A stretch of DNA of 64,000 nt from Candidatus Aenigmatarchaeota archaeon (lineage in GTDB: Archaea > Aenigmatarchaeota > Aenigmatarchaeia > QMZP01 > QMZT01): NCBI GenBank assembly GCA_016932735.1, contig JAFGCI010000001.1:132183-196182 (forward strand). The letters run 5' to 3'. The stretch's first letter is position 1, and each line of letters opens with the position of its first letter. The notes under the pieces were generated by a model. It searched no databases. It worked only from the letters and a program-made list of their open reading frames with translations, and had not been told where the DNA came from. Shown piece after piece: positions 15,740 to 26,776 of the stretch. Position numbers and translations under genes: made by a program.

Positions 15740-18700
15740 TTATTTCTTCTTCACCAGTTTCTTAAGCTTCATAAGAGGCCCGCCACCCTTGTGTACGGCA
15801 TAAACACTTGCCTGTCTCTCATATCCGGGCATGTACGGGCTCTTGAACTGCACGATTGTCTTCTGGCTCCCAAAAGCCTTTTGCCTGCCAATTCCCCGAC
15901 CTGATGATTTTATTTTTGGTATTTTGTCCTTTATGCTATTCAGCATATTCTTCCTTTTCGGACCAATCGCCCTGTAGCCGGACCTCATGCTGTAACTTCC
16001 GTGTTTCGGTGGCAGGAGAAGATACACTAGAATACCACCGACTATGACAACGATTACAATTCCCACTATCCAGAAAGTTGTATCTGTCAAGGCGAGTCCC
16101 AGTATCTGCTGCTTCTCATTCTGTAAATCGGAGAACTGGTTATCTATCTCGCCAAGCAGGGCGTCGACTTCTTTCAGAAGCTCGTTTGCCTCCAGATAAT
16201 ATCCGGCGGCCAGCTTGGTCTTTATGTCTTCCAGCATCCTTCCTATGGTTACAATCGACCTGTTGAGTTTGGTGTAATTATCAGAAGCCACACCCCCCAT
16301 ATTCACCGTGCTGAAGTCTGCCAGGAATTCGTTGAGCATTTTTACATAAGTATCATATGTTGTATTAATCAGGAGTTTTGTCTCTTCGTTTGGCTGTATT
16401 CTTATTGTGATGTTATATTCAACAGATGCAGCCGTCCTGTCCTTGTCGTAAGCAATGAAGGTTATATTCCCAGTCCCTATATCACTTGTCTCTGATATAT
16501 TGACATCAAGCGTTGAACTGTATGTCATGAATGGCTGGAGTATGTGGTAGACACCAGAAGGTATGGGGATATTGACGCCCCTGAGGATTGATGTTGCGTT
16601 TATCTTTACATTCGAGGTGACGTTGCCGATGTTTTTTATCTTGAATTCTATAGTACCGTTTTCGCCCTGTTTTATATCAAGAAATTCTGTTATCTCCATT
16701 ATTTTTAGTGCATAGTTGTATGTATCCAGAACACATTCGTGGTTTACTGCTGAGTATCCAGCAGCGCAAACCAGTTCCAGACACGTCCCGCCTACGCAAT
16801 GATAATTTGAAGAGCAATCGTCGTCCTCATCACATTCATCCGTTGTGGATGTATCGCCTGTCGTTCCCGTATTGTCAGTAGTCGTGCTTGAGCTGCTGTT
16901 GGTGACCGTTATTATTTCGTAATCAAGGTGTGTGGAGTTGTAGAATATCTGCTGGGCTGAAGCGTTTCCATAAGCATAAACCACCGACAGCCTGAAGTCG
17001 CCGAGTGCTGTCGCCTCAGCATCTAAAGCATTGTTTAAATCTGGTCCGCATTCCATGTTCTGCCATGTCGAGGAAGAGTTGGGCAATGTATTATTATAAT
17101 AGCAATAAAGATTTACAGTGGTCTCGACTTTATAGCTGGAACTGTTTGACTGGATAAATGCTGTCACATTTGATATGTCTTCCGTCCCGTCATTGAGAAC
17201 CTGCACATATATTGTGTCGGTATTTCCTGAAGGGTATGAAAGCGATGTATCGACCCCGTAAAAGGCGACCTGAAGCTGGGGAGCGATTATATTATAGACG
17301 TTAGTGTCATTCGCCCATCCTGAATAGTTGCCGCATCCGTATGTGGCTGAAATTTCTATCTTAGTCGAATGATTTCCGGATTCTGCGACCCTCCTCTCTG
17401 TTATAGCATAGTCTTTAAATTCAAAATTGTTTAGCGGTACTGTATAATTAATAATATATAAGCCGTTGCCACCCCCGCCAAAGTATGTGACATTCGCAGT
17501 CCTGTTCCAGTCGTCCCTTCCTGAATATGAATCGTATATTACAGTAATATTTGAAGTATCAAGGCCGGTAATGGCCGTCCCATTGGAAAGCTTAACGGAT
17601 ATGTTCAATGTTACTGTGTCTTCGGGGAGGACGGCTGAGCCGTATGTTATTACATCAATAAGAGTGACATTGAGGTCTGTGGAGATATATTCCACCCTTG
17701 TATTGTTTGAGCTGACCCCCAAAACCTCATCTCTTTCCATTGTCCAGTTGTCCCCATAGTCGGCGGTGGCATTTATGGATGTATTGCAGTTCCTGGCTAT
17801 CAGCCCTGTATAGTTTATATAAGCCTCTTCTCCAGGATTAAGAGACGCAATTGTGACAGAGGAATTTGTCGTCGTATAGTAAGAGAAACTGACATTAGTA
17901 ACGTTCGTAACCGGTGCCGTTCCTATATTTTTGACGATTACGGTTGCATTGAATTCCTGCCCTCCGTAAGGAGATCCGGGAGTTATTGTTATATCGTATA
18001 TGATAAGGTCTGACCTGTTCCCGACATACAGCGTCCTGTTAGACGATGCGAATGCTGTGTTATTTTCAGAGTCGTAGCACTGCACATTCCATATGTATGT
18101 TCCGTTATGGTTCGTGCTGTTGTTCATGCCGTCAACAGAGAATGTCGTAAGCGTGTTGTTTTCCATGGTGGAATTCGTCTGGTTTATATCCCATGCGCCA
18201 CCTGAAGAGTTCGTAAGCCAAAGGCTACAGTTTGCGAATCCGGAGAAGTCGGTAGCCGTGAAATTGAATGTTACTGCATTCCCGTCATCGTCCCACCAGC
18301 TATCCGAAGTGTTGAGGACTACGGAAGGCGCCGTATTGTCAATTACGATTGACTGGTTCTCCGCTGTCGAATTGCCGTTTCCTGCAAGGTCAATCATTGT
18401 TATGTTTATGTTATACCTGCCATCCGCGGGTACTGTCGAAAGCGATATGTTCTGGGTAGTCGTATTTGTTCCGGCTGTTATGTTAGATGTATTGGATGCA
18501 GAATAAACAGAATAGCCCGTTGCGTTCGTTATGTTGATTATGAATGAAGCGGGATTTGCTTCTGTATAGCTGAAATTCATTGTGAAGTTTATAGTTGAAT
18601 TTATAGTCTTAAGATAGGCCGGCGTCGAGTTCGTCGGCGAGTTAACCAAAAGCTGTGCGGGCGTGTTATCAATTACAAGCGATCCGTTCTCCCTTGTCGA

Positions 18701-19780
18701 GTTTGAATTTCCCGCCCTGTCATAAAGCGTTATCTCTATATCATAGTTCCCGTCGGCAAGAAGTCCGGGATAGTCCATTGATACGTTCTGAGCCTTTGAT
18801 AAAGATGAGCCTCCTGTTATAATGCTTGAATTTGTCACATTGTGAACACAGTCCCCCGTGCTGTTGGTTATGTTTATCCAGTACAAAGCCGGATATAGCT
18901 CCGTATAGGTGAAATCAATTGTGAAATTGATGTAATTGCTTACGTTCTTCTGATAGGTCGGTGTTGCGTTGAGCGGTGAAACCATCGCCAGAGACGGCGT
19001 TGTATTATCGATTGTGACCACCCTCGTTTCAGAGAACTCATCTGCAGTTCCGTCGTCGTCTGAATCGCATCCGATGAACCACGAATAAAGCGTGTTGGAA
19101 AGCGTGGAATTTGCTGTTATGTTTGTATTCGTTGCATTGCCCGCTGTCGTGTTTCCATATGGGGTTGTTACTGAGTCTACGAACAATGTGCAGTTGATCG
19201 TTGTGTTGTATTCCGACAGGAATGTGAAATTGAACTGCGGCTGAGTGTCATTGATGTAGCTCATGCTGGCAGGGTATGTAAGGTTTATGGAATCTATATA
19301 CGGGTCGAATGATATGTTCACCCAGTCAGTTCCATTAAACATCAATAGGGTAAAGTTCCATTTGCCGTAAAGCGGCTCTGTCATGTTTATTTCGACCATG
19401 AAGGGATATACGATATCATTTACAAATGGCAGGTTTTCTATGATGTTCGTGGTTATCTCCGTGCAAGGTATCTGGCTGCAGTTGTATATGGTGAAATTGA
19501 CATCAGTTGTTCCGAAGGTCGCGCTGTTGTTAAATGTTATATTGTATACCCCATTAAGCGTGGCATTATTGCTTGTCATATTGATATATGCAGTGCATCC
19601 CGGATAGCATGAGTACGAAGACTTATCCGAAACGAAAGTCACATTCCAGGGCATTGCCGTATAAGTAAAACCTACCGCAACGCTTGCCAAACCAAAAACC
19701 AAAAAACAAACAAAAACCAAAGTCGATATTGAAAAGTATCTCGAATTAACTATCCTATTCCCCACCATTATCCCACTCAT
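15740..19780 (-). CDS. Large membrane-anchored surface glycoprotein with Ig-like/CARDB domains
   Basis: Signal peptide. Repeated IDNTxP Ig boundaries. CARDB-like SDLIIYDI...VIVKNIG...SLNPGE...ADYGD. Very dense NxS/T sequons. Thr-rich linker, small Cys knot, helical region, TM FWIVGIVIVVIVGGILVYLLLPP and basic tail. Confidence 0.8.
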   Translation of the reverse strand: MSGIMVGNRIVNSRYFSISTLVFVCFLVFGLASVAVGFTYTAMPWNVTFVSDKSSYSCYPGCTAYINMTSNNATLNGVYNITFNNSATFGTTDVNFTIYNCSQIPCTEITTNIIENLPFVNDIVYPFMVEINMTEPLYGKWNFTLLMFNGTDWVNISFDPYIDSINLTYPASMSYINDTQPQFNFTFLSEYNTTINCTLFVDSVTTPYGNTTAGNATNTNITANSTLSNTLYSWFIGCDSDDDGTADEFSETRVVTIDNTTPSLAMVSPLNATPTYQKNVSNYINFTIDFTYTELYPALYWINITNSTGDCVHNVTNSSIITGGSSLSKAQNVSMDYPGLLADGNYDIEITLYDRAGNSNSTRENGSLVIDNTPAQLLVNSPTNSTPAYLKTINSTINFTMNFSYTEANPASFIINITNATGYSVYSASNTSNITAGTNTTTQNISLSTVPADGRYNINITMIDLAGNGNSTAENQSIVIDNTAPSVVLNTSDSWWDDDGNAVTFNFTATDFSGFANCSLWLTNSSGGAWDINQTNSTMENNTLTTFSVDGMNNSTNHNGTYIWNVQCYDSENNTAFASSNRTLYVGNRSDLIIYDITITPGSPYGGQEFNATVIVKNIGTAPVTNVTNVSFSYYTTTNSSVTIASLNPGEEAYINYTGLIARNCNTSINATADYGDNWTMERDEVLGVSSNNTRVEYISTDLNVTLIDVITYGSAVLPEDTVTLNISVKLSNGTAITGLDTSNITVIYDSYSGRDDWNRTANVTYFGGGGNGLYIINYTVPLNNFEFKDYAITERRVAESGNHSTKIEISATYGCGNYSGWANDTNVYNIIAPQLQVAFYGVDTSLSYPSGNTDTIYVQVLNDGTEDISNVTAFIQSNSSSYKVETTVNLYCYYNNTLPNSSSTWQNMECGPDLNNALDAEATALGDFRLSVVYAYGNASAQQIFYNSTHLDYEIITVTNSSSSTTTDNTGTTGDTSTTDECDEDDDCSSNYHCVGGTCLELVCAAGYSAVNHECVLDTYNYALKIMEITEFLDIKQGENGTIEFKIKNIGNVTSNVKINATSILRGVNIPIPSGVYHILQPFMTYSSTLDVNISETSDIGTGNITFIAYDKDRTAASVEYNITIRIQPNEETKLLINTTYDTYVKMLNEFLADFSTVNMGGVASDNYTKLNRSIVTIGRMLEDIKTKLAAGYYLEANELLKEVDALLGEIDNQFSDLQNEKQQILGLALTDTTFWIVGIVIVVIVGGILVYLLLPPKHGSYSMRSGYRAIGPKRKNMLNSIKDKIPKIKSSGRGIGRQKAFGSQKTIVQFKSPYMPGYERQASVYAVHKGGGPLMKLKKLVKKK

Positions 19781-19927
19781 CTCGTTTATTAGATTAAATT
19801 TCAGCCTTGTTTTATTGATGTAATTTAACTGTTATTAGATTATCATTCTGATTTATATATCCGATACCCTGAGGCTGTCTTTGAACCGAGGACATATATT
19901 TATTCGTACCCTGACATAACATATTCC

Positions 19928-21481
19928 ATGACGTCCGGGAAACAGACGAGGGGAATGAAATTCGGAGTTTATGAAGGAATCGCAGCTACTATAATGTCTA
20001 CAATAGTTTCAGCTTTCTTGGGAGTTTACATAGTCTCTTTGGGAGGCACGAACACTGATGTCGGATTTGCTCTTTCCTTTCCTGCATTGCTGACAGTTGT
20101 TGCATATATTCCGGCAGCCTACATGGCCGAGAGGGGGATAAGCAGGAAAAGGATATCGGTAGTAACATCACTTCTCTCCAGAATGCTGTGGATACCGGTT
20201 GCCTTTGTTCCGCTCCTTTTTTTTGGCGGGACGATTCCGGTTCTCATGGTAATAATGCTTGCTACATTATCGTCATTTCTGGGAGCTTTTATAACACCTT
20301 CGTGGTCTTCTCTTATGGGGGACATCGTACCCGCAGGGGAAAGGGGAAGATATTTCGGCTCAAGGAACAACAAATGCATTCTTTTTTCATTGGTTTTTGT
20401 GTTTCTTTCAGGTTTTATAATAGACTATCTGGGAAGCATTCAGGGATTCTTTTTCTCATTCATAATGGCAGGCATTGCAGGAATACTTTCCTCGGTATTC
20501 TTCATGGGTTTCCCTGACATAAGATTCCCCATTTCAGAAAAGATTAACATAAAAAGAGATATAGAATTCATCCTTTCAGATAAGAAATTCAAATACTTCA
20601 TAATATCATTTTCCGTCTTCCAGTTCGGGGTTTCCCTTGCATCACCTTTCTTCAACATTTATCTCGTAGAGTACATGAATGCCCCATATATATGGATATC
20701 TATTCTCATTCTTGCAGGAGGAATAACCAAGATTGTTTTCCAGAAAGGATGGGGCTCCCTCTCGGACAGGTTCGGCCATCTGCACATATTGCGGATAACA
20801 GCTGTCGGAGCCACATTCATACCGTTCTTCTGGATATTTGCGCCTTCCCCTGAATTCACAGTTCCGATTGAGATTCTCTCCGGGCTTTCGTGGGCAGGCC
20901 TCAATCTTGCAAGCTTCAACTTCCTTCTTGAGATAACGAAAGGAAAGAAGAGAACCATGGCCTCAGCGATATTCTGGACATTTACGGGAATAGCGCTCTT
21001 TCTGGGACCGATAATAGGCGGTCTTATAGGAGATAATTTCATAGGCCAGACAATATTCTACATGGACAACATAGAAATCATATTCTTCCTTTCGTGGATT
21101 TTCAGGGGAATCGGAACTATCATGCTTCTTAAAGCTCTATCAGGCGTCAAGACCGACCCGTATTTTTCGACACGATACGTGACAAATGAAATAATGAACA
21201 TAGGAGTATCCCATCTAACACAGCCTTTCATGATGCTTAAAATGACAAGCCATCATGCGACAAGAAAGAGTATCGGATTCCTTTTAGACCATGTAAAGAA
21301 TGCCATAAATGAAATGAAAAGGATGAAGATTGAGATTCCGGTTGGTATCAGAAAAGACATAAATAAGATAGGCAGAGAGATAAGAGCCACAAGAGAAAAC
21401 CACAGCCATCATAAAAGAAACATAGAAAGAAGGGAAATGAGAATCATTTACAGGCTCCACAAGCTCAAGCAAAAGAAATGA
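19928..21481 (+). CDS. MFS transporter with C-terminal basic extension
   Basis: About 12 hydrophobic segments, WSSLMGDIVP..RGRYFGSR, WGSLSDRFG motif. Confidence 0.88.
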   Translation: MTSGKQTRGMKFGVYEGIAATIMSTIVSAFLGVYIVSLGGTNTDVGFALSFPALLTVVAYIPAAYMAERGISRKRISVVTSLLSRMLWIPVAFVPLLFFGGTIPVLMVIMLATLSSFLGAFITPSWSSLMGDIVPAGERGRYFGSRNNKCILFSLVFVFLSGFIIDYLGSIQGFFFSFIMAGIAGILSSVFFMGFPDIRFPISEKINIKRDIEFILSDKKFKYFIISFSVFQFGVSLASPFFNIYLVEYMNAPYIWISILILAGGITKIVFQKGWGSLSDRFGHLHILRITAVGATFIPFFWIFAPSPEFTVPIEILSGLSWAGLNLASFNFLLEITKGKKRTMASAIFWTFTGIALFLGPIIGGLIGDNFIGQTIFYMDNIEIIFFLSWIFRGIGTIMLLKALSGVKTDPYFSTRYVTNEIMNIGVSHLTQPFMMLKMTSHHATRKSIGFLLDHVKNAINEMKRMKIEIPVGIRKDINKIGREIRATRENHSHHKRNIERREMRIIYRLHKLKQKK

Positions 21482-21487
21482 GACGGA

Positions 21488-22804
21488 TTACCTCTTTATG
21501 ACTCCGGGAATCTTATCCGACTCTATCTTTTTCTCTTCGCCGGTTTTCATGTCCCTGACGGTGAAGCGGCCTTCTGCAACTTCCCTCTCGCCGACAAATA
21601 TTGCATAAGGTATGCCCATTGAGTTGAGATAACTGAGGTTTTTGGATATCCCTCTTTTCATCAGGTCTGTCTCTGTATTTATTCCTCTTTCTCTGAGTCT
21701 TGCTGAGAGTTTTAGCGCATCCGGAAGGTTCTTTCCTATGGGAATAATGAAAGCCTCTGTTGTCGTCTTTACCGGTTCTGTCTTCCCTGATAATTTCATT
21801 GCTTCATAAATCGGCTCTATTCCGAATGAAACTCCTGTTGCAGGATAATTCTTCTTTCCGCCAAGATACATCCCTATCATTTTGTCGTATCTGCCCCCGC
21901 CCGCAACCGATGAAGTTATCTTTGAATCCTCAAGATAAACCTCAAAAACGGGTCCTGTATAGTATTCAAGTCCTCTTGCAAGAGAGAGGTCTATTCTAAG
22001 GTTTTGGACTCCCATGGACTCACAGAATTCAATCAGTTCCCTTAATTCTTTGATGCCTTCTTTTCCTTCTTCGGTCTTTACGAATTTCGAAACCTTATCG
22101 AGTATCTCGCTGTTAGTGCCCTTTATGTCGATTGAATCGAGAAGCTTCTTTATTTCGGGCTTGTCAAATCCGAGGTCGAGAAGCTCGTCACGGACTCCGT
22201 CTCTTCCGATTTTGGCAAGCTTGTCTATGGAAATTATGGCTTTCATTGAATAATCCTTGTAGCCTGCATATTCAATGATTCCGTTGAGAAGTTTCCTGTT
22301 ATTGGCCTTTATAACGAACTTGAAATCCATTTTCGTGAAAACATAATCAAGTATGCTGATAATCTCCGCATCTGCCAGCATCGATTCGACGCCGACGATA
22401 TCGACGTCGCACTGCCAGAATTCCCTGTAGCGGCCGAGCTTTATCGGGCCGTCCCTCCAGACAGGCTGCATCTGGTATCTTTTGAAAGGCATGTTAAGGT
22501 TGGGGTTCATTCCAACAACCTTTGCCATCGGAACGGTGAGGTCGAATCTCAGGCCGAGAGACCTTTCACCCTGGTCGGTCAGCTGGAAAATCTCCTTTGC
22601 TACATCGGACGCTTCTCCTGCGCCGAATTTGGCAGTGAGAACGTCGAGTCTCTCAATTGCCGGGGTTTCCAGCGGAGAGAATCCGAACAATTCAAACGTC
22701 TCCCTGAGCATGTCCATTATCTTCTGCCTCGGGATCTTGTCTTCCGGAAGGAAGTTTCTGACACCTTTAGCATCCATGAGTTCGAATTTTTCTTCTTTTA
22801 GCAT
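21488..22804 (-). CDS. hisS: Histidine--tRNA ligase
   Basis: KGVRNFLP, LRFDLTVP, GRYREFWQCDVD, LARGLEYYTG, GGGRYD. Confidence 0.98.
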   Translation of the reverse strand: MLKEEKFELMDAKGVRNFLPEDKIPRQKIMDMLRETFELFGFSPLETPAIERLDVLTAKFGAGEASDVAKEIFQLTDQGERSLGLRFDLTVPMAKVVGMNPNLNMPFKRYQMQPVWRDGPIKLGRYREFWQCDVDIVGVESMLADAEIISILDYVFTKMDFKFVIKANNRKLLNGIIEYAGYKDYSMKAIISIDKLAKIGRDGVRDELLDLGFDKPEIKKLLDSIDIKGTNSEILDKVSKFVKTEEGKEGIKELRELIEFCESMGVQNLRIDLSLARGLEYYTGPVFEVYLEDSKITSSVAGGGRYDKMIGMYLGGKKNYPATGVSFGIEPIYEAMKLSGKTEPVKTTTEAFIIPIGKNLPDALKLSARLRERGINTETDLMKRGISKNLSYLNSMGIPYAIFVGEREVAEGRFTVRDMKTGEEKKIESDKIPGVIKR

Positions 22805-22851
22805 AACATCACTTATGAATTCTTTTTAATCAGGCATTTTAATAAAGTAAC

Positions 22852-23391
22852 ATGCCTGCTAATTCGACATTAATGGCCTCCGTAGCTTCATATGTAATCT
22901 CACTGAACAGCATTTTCAACGAACTGGCCGGCTGGGGCTACATAGGAATTTTTCTCATATCTCTCATAGGGGCGGCAACCATCATCCTCCCGTTACCTTC
23001 CTTGTTTTTTGTTTTTATCATGGGAGCAGAATTGAATCCGATTCTTGTTGCATTGCTTGCCAGCGTCGGGGCAGCGATAGGAGAATTCACAGGATACGCG
23101 CTTGGTTTTGGAGGCTCTTCCCTTTCAGAGAAGAACAAGAAATGGAAGAAAGAAATAGAGAAGACGGAAAAGCTATTCCAGAAATACGGGGGGTTCTGGG
23201 TCATCGTCTTCGTAGGAGCGACACCGCTTCCCGACGATGTTGCAGGAATAGTCGCAGGGCTTTTGAAATATCCGCCAAAGAAATTCCTTCTTGCGACATT
23301 CATAGGAAAAATGATACTGCACCTTATTGTAGCGCTGGCAGGATTCTATTCCATGGGCTGGGTAGTAAATGCCATCGGCGGATTGGGTTAA
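22852..23391 (+). CDS. DedA/VTT-domain membrane protein
   Basis: GYIGIFLISLIG, GAAIGEFTGYALG, ATPLPDDVAGIVAG, GK. Confidence 0.85.
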   Translation: MPANSTLMASVASYVISLNSIFNELAGWGYIGIFLISLIGAATIILPLPSLFFVFIMGAELNPILVALLASVGAAIGEFTGYALGFGGSSLSEKNKKWKKEIEKTEKLFQKYGGFWVIVFVGATPLPDDVAGIVAGLLKYPPKKFLLATFIGKMILHLIVALAGFYSMGWVVNAIGGLG

Positions 23392-23400
23392 ATCAAAGAA

Positions 23401-23787
23401 TTAGTTCTCTTCTTCAAAAAGGGAAATTCCATAGAACTTCTCAAGCCTGTCCAGCACGGAATCTTCCGGTCTGAAGCCGCTTTCCGCCCTTTTGATTAGC
23501 GAAAGCGGAAGATTGAGCTTTATTGCAACATCTTTTTGCATCATTTTCATCTGCTCTCTTTTTTCCCTAAGTATCTTTGAGAAGTCGGGATTTATTTCCT
23601 TGGGCTTGGCTTCCTCGACCTTTATTTTCGGAAGAGGAACATGCCTCCTGATTTTAACGTTCTTCTTTTTTCTTCTCAGTACCTTCCCCAAAGTAGAGCA
23701 GTTGTTGCATGTCTCCAGAACAATGCCATCAATTGATACTCTGTTGGCCTTGTCTATTCTTCGTCCGCAGACCTCACATTCCGGCAT
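23401..23787 (-). CDS. Archaeal multiprotein-bridging factor aMBF1 (Zn ribbon plus HTH)
   Basis: CEVCG...CNNC, then Cro-type HTH REKREQMKMMQKDVAIKL...ESG. Confidence 0.9.
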   Translation of the reverse strand: MPECEVCGRRIDKANRVSIDGIVLETCNNCSTLGKVLRRKKKNVKIRRHVPLPKIKVEEAKPKEINPDFSKILREKREQMKMMQKDVAIKLNLPLSLIKRAESGFRPEDSVLDRLEKFYGISLFEEEN

Positions 23788-23817
23788 AAAATAGCACCAC
23801 TATTGGGATTTCAGCTA

Positions 23818-24945
23818 TTATTTTTTTGTATATATCCTTACAGATTCTATATTCCAGACGCCGGTGCCAGAGAATGATATCACATTGTCACCCTGAACAA
23901 ATTTTGTAGCATCAATAAACATTGTTGTGTGCCCTTCAACTGAAACGGGGCTGCTGATTTCTTTTCCATTGACAGCCACAATAAGGGTCCCTTGTTTATC
24001 GATTTCTGTTATGTAAATGTCCAGGCTGGCGCCGTAACGGCTTAGGTATGCATATTTATCCTGCGGGATATTTATATTCTTATCTACCCTGGCGCTTCCG
24101 CCCTCAAAAGTAATCACGTTCATCTTGGTGTTGTGCATTGTTATAATGCCGCCTGTCGCTTTAAACGACATGAGATTTGTGCCTGCTTTCAGGTCTGCAT
24201 CCGTATACCCGATTTCAAATTCGGCCCTCTCGCCTATATTATTATCATTGTAAACGACATCACCATTCAGTTTTATGAGTATTGAAGTTTCATCATCGCC
24301 GGTAGTGAAGAATGAAAACTCTCCTTTGTCCCATGTCTCAATCTCTTCGGTTGTAAGGACAAAAGGGACAACCTTCTCCGGTCCGTATTCAGCATAGACT
24401 TTCAGGTTCTCCAGCTCGTAGGAGGTCGCAGTCCAGAACATCCAGCTGGGCGCCGCCGAAATCTCAATATAATTCTTTTCCATAATCCTTTCGCTCGGTA
24501 TTTCTATATCATAATGGTTGAGGTTCGCCACGTCATTGAAGATTTCATAGCCATTCCAGTTTATCACGAGATTTCCAAGCTGGTTAGTCTTTTTCAGGTC
24601 GAAACCGACCTTCACCGATTTCAGGCTTGTTCTGACCTCTTCTACAGTCGTATCAATGTCAAATCTCTCGGAATGAGAACCCATCACTCCGCCCTGGATA
24701 CCGGTTTCCTGAAGGGTTACGAAATCATATTTCTGCGGCGTTCCCAAATCAAATGTGCCGAAGCTGACAACCTTTGCAATATTATTTCCAAGAAGGCCGA
24801 CACTTCCCACAGAAAGATTGGCTATCTCAACTTCATTGCCTGTGCTGCCATCATCAGACATTATATCAGCCAAAGGAGCGCTGAAAGCGAACAATAAAGC
24901 AAATATTACAACAACCGCAATCAAAACATAAATGAACTCATCCAT
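23818..24945 (-). CDS. Hypothetical N-terminally anchored beta-sandwich surface protein
   Basis: MDEFIYVLIAVVVIFALLFAF TM segment, three repeated L.I..NG..I...G.N.I.F segments. Confidence 0.7.
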   Translation of the reverse strand: MDEFIYVLIAVVVIFALLFAFSAPLADIMSDDGSTGNEVEIANLSVGSVGLLGNNIAKVVSFGTFDLGTPQKYDFVTLQETGIQGGVMGSHSERFDIDTTVEEVRTSLKSVKVGFDLKKTNQLGNLVINWNGYEIFNDVANLNHYDIEIPSERIMEKNYIEISAAPSWMFWTATSYELENLKVYAEYGPEKVVPFVLTTEEIETWDKGEFSFFTTGDDETSILIKLNGDVVYNDNNIGERAEFEIGYTDADLKAGTNLMSFKATGGIITMHNTKMNVITFEGGSARVDKNINIPQDKYAYLSRYGASLDIYITEIDKQGTLIVAVNGKEISSPVSVEGHTTMFIDATKFVQGDNVISFSGTGVWNIESVRIYTKK

Positions 24946-25016
24946 GACATCGCCTCGTGTTTTATATTTTGTGAGATTGAATTATAAATTAAACGTACGC
25001 CTGTACAGTGAGTTAT

Positions 25017-26024
25017 ATGAAAACCATTAGAAAAGACCTTCGTGAAGGCGTCATAAAACTCAAGGTGGAAACGCCCAGCGATTTATGGCATCTGGAGAAG
25101 ATTGTGGAGCCCGGTGACCAGGCAAGAGCAGCCACAACGAGAAAGATCATAATCAACAGGGGCGGAGACCTAAAAACCGGCGAAAGGAAGAAAATGATTC
25201 TAACAGTCGAGGCCGAAAAGATGGAACTCACTGAAAGCGCTTTCAGGATTACCGGACCCATAAAGGCGGGTCCTGAAGACATTCAGCTCAATTCATATCA
25301 TACACTCCAGATTGAGATTGGAGACGAGATAGAGATAAAGAAAGTATGGAAGAAGCATCATCTTGACAGAATAAAGAAGGCTCAGGAGACCCAGCCTCTT
25401 GTCCTCATATGCATCCTTGACAGGGAAGATGCTGACATCGCAATGCTCAAGGAATCCGGGATAGAGAAACTCGGAAGGATAAAGTCGGGGGACCCTGAAG
25501 CGAGAGAAGAATATTATGCGGAAATAACTGCCTTTCTGGAAAAGGAGGAGGGATACAGCGCGCTCATTCTTGCAGGGCCCGGATTCGAGAGGGAGAATCT
25601 TCAGAAATACATGAAGGAGAAGAAGAGCCCGCTTGCGGGAAAGGCGCACCTTGTGCAGGCATCCTCGACCGGATTGTCAGGCATCAATGAAGTACTGAAG
25701 TCATCTGCGACAGCCATAATAAACAAGACGAGGATTGCAGAGGAATCTCAGTACGTCGAGAAACTGATGGAAGAGATAAAGAAGGAAGGACTCGCCGTTT
25801 ACGGACCCAAGGAAACAGAGGAAGCCGTCAATGCCGGAGCGGTCCAGACACTCCTTGTTTCAGAGAGCAAAATGAAAGATTACGAGATTCTTATGAGCAC
25901 TATTGAAAAGCTTCAGGGAAAGGTCATGATTATCGGGACAGACCATTCAATGGGAGAGCAGTTTCTTCATATGGGAGGAATCGGGGGATTCCTGAGATAC
26001 AAGCTGAAATATTATAGTGGGTGA
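25017..26024 (+). CDS. pelA: mRNA surveillance protein pelota (Dom34)
   Basis: ETPSDLWHL, YHTLQIE, LAGPGF, SSTGLSGINEV, AVYG, GGIGGFLRY. Confidence 0.95.
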   Translation: MKTIRKDLREGVIKLKVETPSDLWHLEKIVEPGDQARAATTRKIIINRGGDLKTGERKKMILTVEAEKMELTESAFRITGPIKAGPEDIQLNSYHTLQIEIGDEIEIKKVWKKHHLDRIKKAQETQPLVLICILDREDADIAMLKESGIEKLGRIKSGDPEAREEYYAEITAFLEKEEGYSALILAGPGFERENLQKYMKEKKSPLAGKAHLVQASSTGLSGINEVLKSSATAIINKTRIAEESQYVEKLMEEIKKEGLAVYGPKETEEAVNAGAVQTLLVSESKMKDYEILMSTIEKLQGKVMIIGTDHSMGEQFLHMGGIGGFLRYKLKYYSG

Positions 26025-26105
26025 CATAACTTTTTAGAATCTTGTCATTCACTATATTTCAACAGCATTATTTGATTTATTATGCTGGTGATCATAGATG
26101 ATTAG

Positions 26106-26774
26106 ATGGATTACCTGACTGCAAAGCAAACCGAAGAGCTTGACATGCTCGCGCAGGAAAAATACGGCATTCCGGTTCTTTTATTGATGGAGAATGCGGG
26201 AAAAGCTGTTTCTGAGGAAGCCGTCGAAAGCTTATCCGGAAAGGGTAAAGTCGTTCTCGTTTGTGGGAAAGGAAATAATGGCGGAGATGCGCTTGTCTGT
26301 GCAAGGCATCTCATCGAAAATGGCCTCGACTGCGAGATATTCCTTATAGGAAATCCGGAAGACCTGAAAGGAGAGCCAAAGACCAACTATGAAAAACTGA
26401 AAGCTATGACTATAATCAGAAGGCTATCTTTTGAAAGCATGGAATTCTTTGAAAGGGAACTGACATATGCAGAACTAATTGTTGATGCAATATTCGGAAC
26501 AGGATTATCAAGAGAAGTGGGAGAGCCTTACAAAACCATTATTGAAAAGATAAACTCTTCGGGAAAGCCTGTGTTGTCAGTTGATGTGCCTTCCGGTCTT
26601 GACGCAACGGCAGGAGAAATTCTCGGAACCTGCATCAAAGCGACAAAAACGGTAACATTCACACTACCAAAGACAGGTTTTGTCAAAAGGGACGGTCCTA
26701 AAGTTACCGGAGAAGTCATTGTCAGGGATATCTCAATCCCAAAATCTTTATTATTGGAAATCACGAAGATTTAG
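26106..26774 (+). CDS. nnrE: NAD(P)H-hydrate epimerase (stand-alone YjeF_N)
   Basis: LMENAG, CGKGNNGGD, VDAIFGTG, VDVPSG. Confidence 0.93.
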   Translation: MDYLTAKQTEELDMLAQEKYGIPVLLLMENAGKAVSEEAVESLSGKGKVVLVCGKGNNGGDALVCARHLIENGLDCEIFLIGNPEDLKGEPKTNYEKLKAMTIIRRLSFESMEFFERELTYAELIVDAIFGTGLSREVGEPYKTIIEKINSSGKPVLSVDVPSGLDATAGEILGTCIKATKTVTFTLPKTGFVKRDGPKVTGEVIVRDISIPKSLLLEITKI

Positions 26775-26776
26775 TT

